From: Choristocarpus tenellus KU-1152
Taxonomy: Eukaryota; Protista; Phaeophyceae
DNA: 43,480 bases
Assembly (NCBI GenBank): GCA_964200185.2
Contig: CAXNAD020000028.1
Location: 1 to 43,480 of the forward strand
Reading direction: 5' to 3'
Shown: one piece after another, positions 24,938 to 37,859 of the stretch
How positions within the stretch are numbered: the first letter of the stretch is position 1
How the letters are laid out: every line of letters begins with the position of its first letter
Notes under the pieces: model-generated
What the model saw: only the letters and a program-made list of their open reading frames with translations
Told to the model about the DNA's origin: nothing
Databases searched by the model: none
Made by a program: the position numbers and the translations under genes

Positions 24938-26885
24938 ATGGGCAAGAAGAAGAAACAGGCCCCCGTAAAAGCTGAGAAGGAAGCATGGTGCTATTACTGT
25001 GACCGAGTGTTTGAGCACGAGGAAGTGCTTATCCAGCATCAAAAGGCCAAGCATTTCAAATGCCCCACATGCAGCAAGAAGCTTTCGACAGCGGGGGGAC
25101 TGGTTGTCCACAACCAGCAGGTCCACAAGGAGACCATTACTGCGTGAGTTAATATTTGCTCAGTCGGATCACACATTCGTTCCTGCGACCATAGGATATA
25201 TATTAAAACTGAGTGCTGCTGCAAGAAGCCTTGGATAGGCGTTGATGCTACTTATTGCCTCCTGAATTGTGCCCCTGTGAGTACAGCGGTGAAAGAAATT
25301 ACGTTGTTCTGAAGCGCCTAAGTGAATGCTGTTTCGTAACAACTACTTCAACTCCTCATTGTACGTTTGCCAGAGTGCCAAATGCGAAAGAGGGTCGTGA
25401 AAGTGTTGACTTCGAGATCTATGGTGTCGAGGGTATCCCACTAGAGGCCCGGGAGGAGCGAGCATTGAAAAAAGCCCGTATTGCTGAATCTTTGACGGAA
25501 GAAGAACCTACACCCACAGTGGATAAACCCCCGCTGGCACAGACAGCCATCCCCTCACAACAAGGTTTATACCCTGGACAACAGTTTCCACCCCAGTATG
25601 GATTCCAACCACAGGGACCAGGGCATTTTGCCCATGGACAGCCAGGGAACCCAAGCTTCCACCCTATGGGACAGCCGGGTTTCCATGGTGTTGGTGGACC
25701 ACGACCAGGTTTCAACCCTATGCAGCAAGGCATGCCCCACCAGGGTGGACCCTTTCTTCCACAGCCGATGTATGGCGGACCAAGGGGGCTCCTTGGCCCG
25801 CCTGGAGCAATGTATGGGGGGCCAAGGCCCATGCAGCAATACCCAGGTGGCATTGGAGGTGTGGGAAGAACCTTTCCGCAAGGGGGAACAGGTCCTCGAG
25901 GCCCTGCTGATCAGCCAGGGTTGCCTAGCCCCCCAGGGATGCCTCTCCAAAACGGAGGCCCACCATATCCCCCACCACAAAGTGGTGGGTTATTACCGAC
26001 ATCAGCCTCTGGACAAACACCAGGACTTGCATCCCCCCTATTCCCTGCTGGTGCTGCGAAGCCTACAAGTAAGCCCTACACAAGATATTGTCCACATTAA
26101 GAACTATGGTTCCTTGTTTTGGAAGGTGATAACCTTTTTCAGTGCATTTGTCCGCGACCTGTGTGTGATGCATAATGAAGGTGTCATCCAGGAAACAGAC
26201 CCGACTGTATGGAATTTTATTATGTTGTGGCTCAAACCTCACTGGTATGCTCCCGAGTCTGATGAACTTCGTCAATACATGTTCTTTTGAAGGTGTACTT
26301 AATTTCATTCCATTCACTCTGCTGCTTTCTGTTTTGCAGCTACTTCCAGTGGCTCCAGTGCTGATGGCCCCCCCCCCATTCCTTTGCCTGGAGCAGCTGC
26401 TCCTCCAGTTGCTGCACCAGCAAAGACACAGACTACAACTGACACAATGACATTTGGAGATGATGAGTTCTCCATGGTGAGGGCTACTTCGCAATTGATG
26501 TTAGAAATGTTGAGGGGAGTTGCGCAACTTAATTTGATAGGAAGAAAGTGGCACTATGCTGCTACTACTTAAATTCGACATGCTATTGCTTGTGAAGGGT
26601 TTTGTGTTTGTTCAAATGCTCGAACTGCTAGTTCTAAACATTGAGAGAATTCTTGGATCTAAGAAATGGACAAGACTTGTATCAATTCAACGTAGTTTTT
26701 GTTTATCTTGAATTAATTTACCCATGATGTAATTATTGTCGATGTGACTCTTACAGGCAACATACAGCCTTGCTGTGAATGCCACTTTCATTCTGTTGAT
26801 TCCCCCCACTTTCTCTATCTTGCCTACTACTTCCTTGTTTCCATAGGAGGAGAAGCGAGCTGAGCTCACTGCATACAGGGTGTAA
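24938..26885 (+). CDS. ZNF207: BUB3-interacting and GLEBS motif-containing zinc finger protein ZNF207/BuGZ (SUF4-like), about 358 aa
   Basis: Exons 24938-25143, 25374-26068, 26340-26476, 26847-26885 (TAA), all GT-AG and in phase. N-terminal MGKKKK...[55 protein letters not shown]...EIYGVEGIP, a Pro/Gly/Gln-rich middle and C-terminal GLEBS-like DEFSMEEKRAEL..Y. Confidence 0.94.
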
Positions 26886-27200
26886 GAAGTCAGCACAGGA
26901 GTGCTTTACTGCAATTCCGCAATAGAAGATGTGCAGACTGTGACAGCAGAATGGGGCAAGGCGCTGGAGCTCTTCCGTTTGGATGGCCTTCAGATGGTGC
27001 GACACTTTAGGCTTGGGAAAGTTTAGTGGCCTGCACAGCTGGCAAGGACTTATGGAGCTATATTTGGAAATGACCTCTCTATTGTGCGAATGCATATGGC
27101 TCTTGATGGATCAGCTTTCCTGTATCCTTGTTGAAGCAACAAGAGGAACATATTTCTAAGAGCTGAAACAAATGTTAACTATGGCAGGAGGGCCCATGTT

Positions 27201-30200
27201 TTACTCGATTTTGAAGGGACCAGGCCGCTGACTGGCTTGTTGTACAACTTTGTTAACTTCCTCTGCAAGGCCACGTAGAGATTCACACAATGCTGAATCT
27301 ATCGCCTGTTTTGGGAAAGAGTGAAAGGTAAACGGGGTTCATGATCAGTTCCTATTACAGTACTCAAACCCATGAAAGGCACCTTGGACATGAGAAGTGA
27401 CTCAATGACGATCCTTTCAAATGCAAAAACAAGAGTATTCAAATAGATTGCATGCAATTCACGTCTGCTTCAAACTGCCCCCTCGCATCTAAATGATTTC
27501 CTGCCCATAATTTTAATTTTGACACATTTTATCCCTTCAGACACCAGTGTCGTCCTAATATGATTAGAGATGTGAGGTGTGTGATATTTTTTTTCTTTCA
27601 GCCTCACCTGTCCCAACTCTTCAGCTTCCCTCCCCATGTCTGATATGGCCTTCTGTAATAGCTCAGGCTGTACTTTGTCCTTGTCGGGTGGACGCTCCTG
27701 TGTAAGTAAAGAGTGAGGTCTGGATTATTACCTTTTCACAATGTTGCAAGTGGAAAGAAATTTGGTCTGGTTGAATCTAATTTTATTTTTCAAAGTAGTT
27801 GTGGTAGCTTACTTTGGGACCAGAGATCATGTTTCAACTAGTAAGACGATCTGGTGGGCTTAGCATTTTCGCCAGAAACCCAGATCATGACAAAGTTGGG
27901 TACAAGTCTCCATGTGGAGATCATTCCACCCCCAAGTGTGAAAACTCAATTTTACAGACAGCAATGGTGAACTAGTGATGGAGAGAAAACAGCAGGTCAA
28001 AAACTGTTCTGTAGCAAATAGTACATCAAAACAAGGGGACTTTATTTAGATCATGACTTTCTGCTGGAAATGCAAAAGTTCTTTCAATATTAATTGCAGA
28101 TGGCAAATAATGATCCCCATTGATAATAGCTACTATGTCTGTGAAAGAAATACCTAGCGACAGAGAATTGAACCTGTGCCATCAACAATATCAGCCATGA
28201 GCTGTTACACATCCAGTTACCAGAGGACAGTTCTTTATGACACTGCTTCCTGAGAAGAGTTTTGTTTCAATACTATATATATGGTATGTTTACCAGCAAG
28301 AAGAATGGTTCCATACTATTCAGAATGGGTTAGGTGAAATACAGCAGAGTACTTCTTTGATAGAGAGTAAGAGAGGGGTTTAGGGGTCCTCCAATCAAAT
28401 GCACAATTTGGAATGCCACTACCTGTCTAGAATTTCATTAGGCTATTGCCAGGGAAGACTTTAAATGTGACAGACTTCATCATTCAACTTCTTATATTGG
28501 AAATGGTTTCAACCGCTGTCTGGCTACCTTGAGGAATAATGGCATTTGGTGTTCTTTCTATTCATGGGAAAAAGAAAATCTTTGCACTAGTGCCACTCCC
28601 TCTGCATATGCTTTCAGCAGGTAGCGAGAGCATTCTACAGTAAGAGACAAGAGCTGTGCATGTGCCAACAAGCTACATCTCAAATCATTGCGGCACTTGA
28701 GTTCCTCTCAACTGTGAGTGGATTACTATCATTTCCAAAAATAGGGTTTGTTAGAGTTTGAAGGGGAGGTTTAGGTCTTTCACACCAATGACTGGGGTTG
28801 TGGAGGTCAACAACGAATACAGTCCTTGCTTGTTATTTGTGCAACACAACCAGAAGACAATGGTAAAAGACTTTTAATTTGGTATCTATCTTGTGATATG
28901 TTCCATTCTTTTGTACTGGATAGATCATATTTACATGCATGAACATCAGCAACCCACTATTCAGGAAGTAGTCACCTAACCTGCTTCCTAGTGTTAGAGA
29001 CAGCTTTTCTTGTATATCTGCACCAAAAATGGATTCTCAACCAGAACTGAGATTCATCAACGAATGTGATGTTCATTTGCTGTTGAATGTATCTATCTCA
29101 CGTTGGAATTATTGAGTATGGTGCATTGATCCAAACAGAAAGTTGGAAGAAGTACACTGCAAAACACTACTGATGACAGGCACCACAACATTGATTTAAA
29201 GGGTTCAGGTATTACTGTGCTGTGATGCCAACTGTCAAGAAGGAAGTCGGGAGGGGAATCTTCAAATCCCAGTGTAAGTAATGATCAATATAGTGTATGC
29301 GCACTCTGGAGTACTCTTTGTGGTTATGTTCTTCGGTGAAATCAGTAGGACGAAAAGGAGTTTCATGTTTTGTTTAGAACACGTTGCGCAACACTTGCTT
29401 TAGCATAGAATCAAAGGTTCCATTTTGATTTTCAAATGTGACATAATATTGAGTCATCTGAATATTTAGCAGGAACACTTGGAAGCAGAATTTTACTTGA
29501 AATTACTTTCTTGTCCATTTCCACTTACTAATACTGGATTTGGGATGCACAGATAAGAAAGTAGTTCATGTCACTTTTCAATTTCTCCAAACATTAAAGT
29601 AAAAACAATCGACCACTACAAGCTCTCTGTTATGTTCAAATTTGTTCCAAGATTAGGGGGGACTCCATCCCACCGCTTTAAGTAAAACTAATCTCTAGTA
29701 TGAAGAGTTCCTATACTGTACAATTAGATTTCTCACTACTTCCATGCTAATCGAATGTCCAAATTAAAAATATGCAAATTATGTAATGTTTGGATCAGCC
29801 CTCACGAAGAAATCACCATGTAGCGTCTACCTACTGTGTGTGGAACGAAGGTTGTGGAAAATTACTTCATGTTGATGAGAAAAATAACATTGCGATGGCA
29901 ACAGTTATTAAATCATAGAAATTATATTGGACTTTTTAGCATCCAATCATGAGAACATACCAACTATGAATATAATGGATTTTTTCTGTATCCATACAAA
30001 TCTGCAGTACACTCCACATTGCATCATATTCTGAGCACTCTTACCAACATCAGATCCAATTCTTGGCTTGGTAGATACAGCTGGTCCAGTAGCATAGACT
30101 TCCTGACTCCATCACAGTCAGTACGGAGCAACACACGCAGCAGTTTGACCTCTGGTGACAACTGACAGTTGGTGGGGTATGAAACAAGCAATGAAATAAA

Positions 30201-33200
30201 ACAGTTTTGAATACAAGAAAAAAAAAAACACATAATGACAAAAGGAAGCCATCAATACAATTGTCTCACTCATCACTATCCGTAACACTAACATAAGGCA
30301 CAGCATGAACCAAATAGACTTTCATGGTTTGGAGGTGAGCATATGAACCCCTGTTCAATTAAACATGGTGTGCTACAGTTGGGTGGTGCTGACTTGCCAA
30401 TGGGATCCCAATGAGGTAGGTGCATGTTCTTTTTTTCAGTCCTGAAACCTCACAGCAAATGAGGCGTCACACACTATTTGGGAAGGATCATGATTTTTCT
30501 GCACTCTTGACTGTCTTCAATAAAAATTCCATGCCTTTTTGATACACTATCAAATACAAACAATACATACGGCTTAGACTCATCTCATGTTACACTGTCA
30601 AGGCTTACTACAAAGGCTAAAATATTGAAGGTAAAACTTTAACCAACAAATTACAAAACAAGCACTGCACCAAGGCAACTGGTTCAAAATGGTCATGAGA
30701 AAACTGCCAACCATGGAGATATATGGTTTGTCATCTCATCCCACAGATTCTGCTATGAAAGAGGGGTGGCCAAGAGGAGGATACACCCCCAAATTTTCGG
30801 TCCAAAGGGGGTACAAAATGGGTCTGAAGGAAATGGACTCATTATCTGTATCAAAGGACCTAAAATAGGTGTAATGTAATAGATATCAGGATACGCAAAA
30901 TTATACCTCCTTTGGTCAGGAATGTGAGCATGTACCCCATGCAATATACTGCTCTAAGAAGGAACCCCATTTTGATTTTGGGTGATCCACAATACCATCC
31001 CCATTACGTCTAAATACCATTTGGAGGTACCCCACATAGAACTCCTTCCTCAACCATGCAAAATTGCTTCATCCATGGGTGGAAAGTTTAGCAGCATACT
31101 CTGTATTGATCAATCATACATGGAACTGCAATCAGTTTTGGCATTTTTATATCAAGAATCAAATCATGATGGAAAGTTTTTGGGACCAGAGAAACTGAAG
31201 GAAAAAAATAACTGGAATGGCGCCATTTTTCATGTGAGATATTATCCTACTTCCAAATAACCTCACTCTACAACCAATGCTACCAATAACTGCAGGCATT
31301 CCTAAAAACAAAAACTAATCCTGACCCTAAAATCTAAAGAGGATGGACATTAATCGAAGTGTGAAGGGTGTAGGACTTTCCATTTCTTCGTTTTGTTTCC
31401 ACAGCATTTAACATGAACATCTTTTCACGGGAAAACCCTTTTTCTGGATGCCTAAATGAAAAATACGGAGGAATTAATTTCATACCTTACATGTCACTAC
31501 CAACTAAAAATCTACAAGCAATTTTCAAAACAGCAACAAGTTTTGCTTGGCAAGGAAGAGGTGTCAAAGAATATGATAAAAAACAGTTCAACACATACAC
31601 CAAATTCCTGTACCCCTTTGGATCTAATACACTAAGGTGTACCCCCTTTGGACCAGATACACCAAGGTATACCTCCTTTGGACCACTGCTCACTTTGATA
31701 CTTAAATACTTGACATGAGTGTTGGAAAAGCAAGTCAGGGCAAAGGCACCAAATTATGTCAAACAGAAATTCCTGAGAAAAGTTCAGCAAGTATTGGAAT
31801 GCAAGCTATTATGCAAAAACAGGGTCAGAAAATACCTTGGAACTTGGTAATGCTTGTAACAAATTCAATTTTCGTCTCTGCATTTTTTTTCCATGAACAA
31901 CACTCACAAACCAGCTCACTACCTGCTCGGTAGCTTAGGGGTTTACTAATGTTCTAATAGCATCTCACTACCTGGCTGCCAAAAATTATCCTGATCCTTG
32001 ATTTGAAAGGAGATTTTCCCTTCAATATGAAACAGCTCGAACACAGCAATACAGATCTTTTATAAGCAGCTGTATTTTGAAGGACAGGAATGAAAATGCA
32101 TTCTAGTATCAACTATTTTCAAAATAGAGCAATTCAACGAAATTTTACGTACACCTTGATGTGAACCCCAAAAAGAGTTGTCAAAATAGGCTTCTACCTC
32201 CTTTGGTGCCATTCATGAAAAGTACAAATCTGTCTCAAAATATCAGATCAAAATTCAAAAGCAGTGTGAGAAATTAGCGTTAGAGATATTCTGTGTTGCA
32301 GTTTGACCTAGCATGTACCACAAAACCCTCCATAGACTATACAATTTAATGCAGTTTGACCTAAGCAATATTGACCCAAACCATTCACCTTTTCATCTTG
32401 TAGACCCATAATGAATGTTGTCAAGTGGGTTAAGAGCATCACTGCATTCCCAGCACCCTCAGCTTGTTTGGCCTGAAAATATGCAGTGGAAAGAGAGGGG
32501 GGACCTATTAAACAATCTGATCATAAACATGACCAGCAAAGATTGAGCAAAGAAGTACAAATTGGTTGTTCACCTGCTCAAGATTCATATTGATCATCAC
32601 CATGAAGGCCATATCAACTTCGCCTCCTGAAAATAGAGTCCTGACCTTTCCCTCCATCTTCTTGATATCAGGGGCCTGCAGAGCAGGCCGGCCGGGCAAG
32701 CAAGGAGATAATCAACAATCTTATAAGTCCAGGAAGCTTCTGCCAGACACTATTTGCCAAGCTTAGTATATGGATCTTGTGCCTTGATCTCGAGTTGGAA
32801 GTCATGAAAATATTTTTGGTAACAATCAGACAAATTTTTTTTTGACTGGTATTCTTGGTCTAAGGTCCAAGCTGAGCTGTGGTGGTAATGTTCTTTGTAT
32901 GGATAGCACTACCGTACACGATGCCAGAGAATTTGTGACCAACGATTGGGACGTAGGTCTCAAAATGTAGTGAAACAAAGAAATGGGCAACCCAAAAGGC
33001 CACATACCAAGCTCAGTATCTCCCTTAGGTTGGCGTCGGCCGCCACAAGTCGCCGCTGCATCGCCATGTTGATTTCTTCACCAACAGTTTTCAACGCAAT
33101 ACCCTGGGACACCATGCAAACGTTGAAGAGAGAACTCTTGTTCATCACTATGCATTGGGTAAGATAGGCGACGTTTTAAACGAAGGGCGCAGGGCCCGTT

Positions 33201-34024
33201 CCTCATCCACCCTCACCTCCTTTGACTCCGGTCCTGATTTCTCAATCTTGTCATTAAGGTGCATCAACAAAGCGTAATCACACCTTCTCGCGATATACGA
33301 GGTGTTGAGGGGTGGGGAGGTGGGAGAGGAAGGCGATGGAGGGCGGTGTGAGATCATGGGTGATAAACACATACCCCTATTGACTTGGGGTCGGAATTTC
33401 GACAGGTGTTATATCTCGTCCGACGGTAGGGGTCAGTCCAGAAAGGGGAAAAGAAATACTTAAGGGAGGAGATATAGATAAAGAGGCCTTTTGTAACAAC
33501 TGAAAACAAGATGGTCGATTAAATGAGGTGTGGCATTTTCCACACTACCTAAGCAACAGGATAGACCCAAATGAAGGTGGAAGGACACAGTACAGATGTA
33601 TAAGGCTCGGCCATGGCCAAGGGAAGGTCGATGGCCGGTTGAAAGGCTTGTAGTACCGGAGATATGAGGTTGAGGTGACAAGCGACAGACCAACTACTGT
33701 GCCTCACATGCCCAAGTACTCCTCCACGGTGGCCGTGAGGTTACCATTTGTAGGCGTCAGGAACTGATCGATCAGTGCGTCGAACACTGTATTTGTTGCA
33801 TGGGCCGAATCCTTGACCTCTCCGGGTAGCGATTGACCAACCAGACCACCAACACCTCCTTCCACTTGTGGTGTACTAAATCTCCTACACGAACACCCCA
33901 AATGTCGCCCTCCATGTTGAACCTTCAACCGGGGAACTACATGAAAAGACGGAATGACAAAGGACCCTGCAACTGCCCATGTTATCAAGCATAAGAAGGA
34001 CGGGCGGAGACCACGGGGAACCAT
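27201..34024 (-). CDS. Putative plastid-targeted helical protein, At4g37920/CDB1-like, about 325 aa
   Basis: Exons 34024-33708, 33283-33217, 33103-33008, 32675-32574, 32472-32389, 30161-30045, 27697-27608, 27305-27201 (TAA); all GT-AG and in phase, total 978 nt. Leader MVPRGLRPSFLCLITWAVAGS-FVIPS. Core LREILS...MEGKVRTL...GEVDMAF...AKQ...LSPEVKLLRVLLRT....VR resembles the At4g37920 family as I recall it. The exon structure is more certain than the family name. Confidence 0.8.
30780..31690. mobile_element. Non-autonomous DNA transposon with reiterated subterminal motif, in an intron of the CDB1-like gene
   Basis: 17-bp perfect inverted repeat GGTCCAAAGGGGGTACA (30799-30815) / TGTACCCCCTTTGGACC (31638-31654); three tandem ~30-bp copies at 31609, 31638, 31668 and another copy near 30902. 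Exact ends not determined. Confidence 0.6.
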
Positions 34025-35626
34025 GTTTGTTTCCTTTGGACTTGGGACTCTTTCTCTTATGGGTCAACGCACGTCGAGCTGGCTCTATTTTCTTTAATAT
34101 GTTGGTACAACACACAAACAGAAGTTCGCCTTACAGGAATCCCTAGAACAATTGAAATATATTTTGATCCCAGTGAGATAGATGTATTCAGTGATCTGGG
34201 AAAAACAAGAAATTATCATAGACATATATGATTGGGGAACATATAAAAGTGGGCTACATCATTCGGTACGACTTTCTTCATAAATCGGATGGACTACATA
34301 CAATAGGCACCAAACTCTAACCCAAGCCCTAACCCTAATTCCAGAAACCAGGATCCTAATCCGTCCGAATCATAAAAAAAAATTGCAGCGAACAATCTAA
34401 TCCACTCCTATCTCAGAATTTGACCACGTTCCCTTATTATTATGCCCCCACTGACTCACACACTTGACAGCATTTTGCAACATCGTTTTTAAATTGGTTT
34501 GCGGTTCAAACATGAAAGGTGATAGGTTATGTTGACCAATTAACAGGCAGAGAAGGATGTTTCCCTGGGTCTCGACTGCTGGGAACACCTTCCAAAGCTT
34601 GTGGAAACTCCCGTACATAGCAGTTCTACATCATCATGTGATGTGATCCACTCCACCAAGCCAAACAAACATCTGTATGTGTCCAACTGTTTTCAAGGGG
34701 TGCGTGGAATGATCTGGATGGTGGTGGCAAAGATGAACCAAAGTAAAAGAGAGGTACCTAGATTTTGGTCGTTTTGCATTCTAAAATATTTTTCTTTTTT
34801 AATTCACTCTTACTTTTATGGATGAAGTGCTGAGAGTGCCTTGAGAAGTTGATTTCACTGAACTTTTTTATACAATTCAGAAACGTCCCTGTGCGCATTT
34901 GTTTGTGGAAAAACTCGAATTTCGCATTTTTCAACATAAAACTTCAACCCTGGATGCATCTTGCTTACTTTGGCTCAAATTAATTGTGAGAGTATCCACC
35001 AGATTCGAGGGAAAGGGAGGAGTGATGAACGGTGGCATGGTTCAACCCAACCTGCGAAGAAAAATCAAGGCACAACCAGGGCAATCAATGCAATTAGTTG
35101 TAGTATAACAGGTAGTTGATAGGGTAGAAATAATAGTACAATATGCACTTCCATATCTGACCACTGGTCAAGGGGCTAGGTGGGGAGGGAAGAAGTTGTA
35201 GACTAAAAGTGAGCAAATAAAAATAATAAACAATATAGATATTGAGAATATTCTGGTATGTATAATATATGTCAACATGATAGAGGGGGGTGTACCTATA
35301 TAAGAGAGGTCAATATAATAAGAGAAAACGGGATATGAGAGAGAGTAAATTGCCTTGTCACGACTTTTCAGCCTATAAGAGAGGTTTTCGCGTTTTCCTG
35401 CCAATTCTCTCTTATATCAAGCAAACTTGCATTTTTTTAAACTACTTGAATAAGGAGTTTCCCACAAAGTCTGTCTAAAGTTAACAAAATAGAATGAAAT
35501 AAGGGATAAAACTGCTCGAGACCAGCAGTACACAGCATAGAAGTCTCTTGTCTCTCAGTACTGTGCAGTACAGTACATACAGTATATCACATCAATTTTA
35601 GACAACTGCACTGTACAGATATAACC

Positions 35627-36498
35627 ATGCCCTGTGCAGCGGGATCCCGCTGCAACATACAGGGTAATACCCTGGTCCGCTACACTATACATGCAATAAG
35701 TGTTGCGTTTGTGGTGGCTATCTTTCTGGCATTTTCGGTGTCATGGATCTTTTTTGGCGCCAGCAATATGAAACACATGTGGAAATTATGCGTGAGCCCC
35801 ACCAAAGACAAGACTTCAAGTCCTCCAGTCGGTGAAAACATGTCGAAGCGCCACAATAACAAGAAAGGTCAACATCCTCCCTGCCCCCGTCCAAGCAGAG
35901 CTGACCTCGAAGTTTGACAAAACTACTTGTACCTCGAACAAGTTCACCTCCAGCACTGACAACTCTGTTTAGGACACCGATGAGCTGATGCACATCATGC
36001 AGCACTTGATTGTTGACATGAGGAGCGACCATGTTGATGAGGATCTCTCTCCGGTGCTCTTGACGCTCTGCACCTCAAACCCGACGGAAACCATTTCAGG
36101 CTTCCATTGACGCAGCGAGAGCATGGATTGGTGAGGAAGACAACGATGAAGTGGCCAATGCGATACTAGAGGACTTGAAAGGTCAGCTGCTCGAGTAATC
36201 CTTGTACCAGTCAGACAATGAAACCTTAGGTCATGAGGATGATGATGGGTTTATGGGAGGGGGCAGCGTATCGGGGGCCGTGAGGAAAGGAGCAGCCTCT
36301 TCGGTGTTCTCGATTCCTCCACTGCCGTACTCTCAAGTAGCTAACGAGTTTGCAAGCTTAGAAACAACCACCGAAGAGTGCAGCATGAACGATGTTTTGT
36401 ACTATCTCCGGAAAGCAAAGCTGGCTTGGCTCAGTGCAATCGGGGCAAGGGCAATCAAACAAACAACCGGACATTTGAGATTTTTTTGGCAGTCCTAA
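35627..36498 (+). pseudogene. Internally deleted, frameshifted pogo/Tigger-like transposase relic
   Basis: N-terminal Cys-rich MPCAAGSRC...(frameshift) NKCCVCGGYLSGIFG, then acidic WIGEEDNDEVANAILEDL and C-terminal PPLPYSQVANEFASLE...YYLRKAKLAW...KQT, which resemble the ends of brown-algal pogo-like proteins as I recall them; no DDE core visible. Confidence 0.45.
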
Positions 36499-37859
36499 CT
36501 TTTTTATCACGGAATAAGTTGTTTACTCAGTGCGTGTGATGGGGGGTGCATGGCAGTGCAGCGACATTTGATCCACGGTAGTGTTTTTGACACTGTACTC
36601 TACATTATCCTTGTAGAGTGCAATTGAATAAGTAGGGCAGGGCATCGGAGGGAGATTGGCTTTGAACATTGATTTGATTTGAACTGAGAGTCGTCTGTCC
36701 AGTCATCCACGGCTTGCACATGCTTTTCTTGGGAAGGTGTACTATATATATGAGTGAATACATCGCAATGAGCGCAATTTACGAAAGTTACAGTACCGTA
36801 TACCAATGACACTGGTATACTGTGGAGGGGTGGTGTAGATGTGGTGCTTGCTGCACCACCGCAGCTTCATTGAAATGGGCTCACCGAGGGCAATGTTCAA
36901 TATGTATCTACATGTAGGGTCAAAGTATCTGGGAGGGGGATGCTGGCGTCCGTTTTTGACCCTTTTTTCGACTTTCACTTCTTGGTGTAATTTGGTTACA
37001 CATGTCGGATTTGTAATGTGGGCGAAAAAAAGAAGACTGTTGGTTAGGTTCCCTTCTGTCCTCACATACGCACGAGGAATGGGAATATATGCCACCATTT
37101 ATTTGGGCTTGGTTAGGAGTTTCGACGTTTGCATGTGTCGGATTTCGAATGTGTTCAAACAGGCTTATTGGTTGGTGTATGTTGGTCGTATAGTTAGGAT
37201 GGAGAATGAGAGATATGGCACTGGTTGTTTCAGGGTTAGTTATTGGTTGTTTGGTTGCATGAGTGGGATTTGTTTAGCACATAAAGAGGGCTATCGGTTA
37301 GGGTGTGTTGTCCCAGTGTTAGCACGAGGAAATGAAAAAAAGACCATGGACTGTTTTGAGGTTACTTTTTTCGTTTGTTTGCTCGTATGAGTCGTGTCTA
37401 GTATGTACACAAAGAGGACTGTCAGTTAGGGCCTATTGTCCTGGTGTGTGCATGAGGAACTGTTCAAATTTAGTAATTCGTTTATTTGCTTGCATGTGTC
37501 GGATTTAGTATGTACCCAGACAGGGTTGTCGGTCAGGGTGTTAGGGTTAAAGTTGTTGGCATGAAGGAAGGGAAAAGGGTCAGGTTTTGCTTTTGGGTTA
37601 GTGTAGTGTTTCTTTGATATCATGTGTCGATGGATTCTGGATGTTTCACAAAAGGGTTATTAGTCAAGGTCTATTGTCGTACGTTTCGCTGGAAGTATCT
37701 TAAGATATACTTCCCTTGATTCAGGGTGAGGGTTAGTGGGTTGAATAAATCCTGATGGGCTAGGGTTGATTTGGTGCAAGTAGGGTTGATGATGGCACTT
37801 GTACGTAATTCAGGTAAGACGCTTGTCTATTTTAGGTTGCCACGGGATGCAGATGGGCT

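Noticed and set aside
25419-26290. Overlapping long ORFs (25419-25853 -, 25567-25980 -, 25598-26290 +)
   Set aside because: Shadow frames of the GC-rich Pro/Gly exon of ZNF207; no independent motifs.
976-26885. Functional clustering of SF3B3 and ZNF207 (both linked to splicing)
   Set aside because: Separated by an unrelated gene and repeats; no evidence of co-regulation from one window.
34310-34345. CCCTAA-like run as a telomere
   Set aside because: Only two to four degenerate units, internal to the contig.
34840-35520. Possible element with long degenerate inverted ends (CTTGAGAAGTT...TTTGTGGAAAAACTC versus GAGTTTCCCACAAAG...AACTGCTCGAG)
   Set aside because: Similarity is too patchy to define by eye; needs an alignment.
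36839-37390. 183-aa ORF
   Set aside because: Arises from G/T-skewed low-complexity sequence; no recognisable domain or exon structure.
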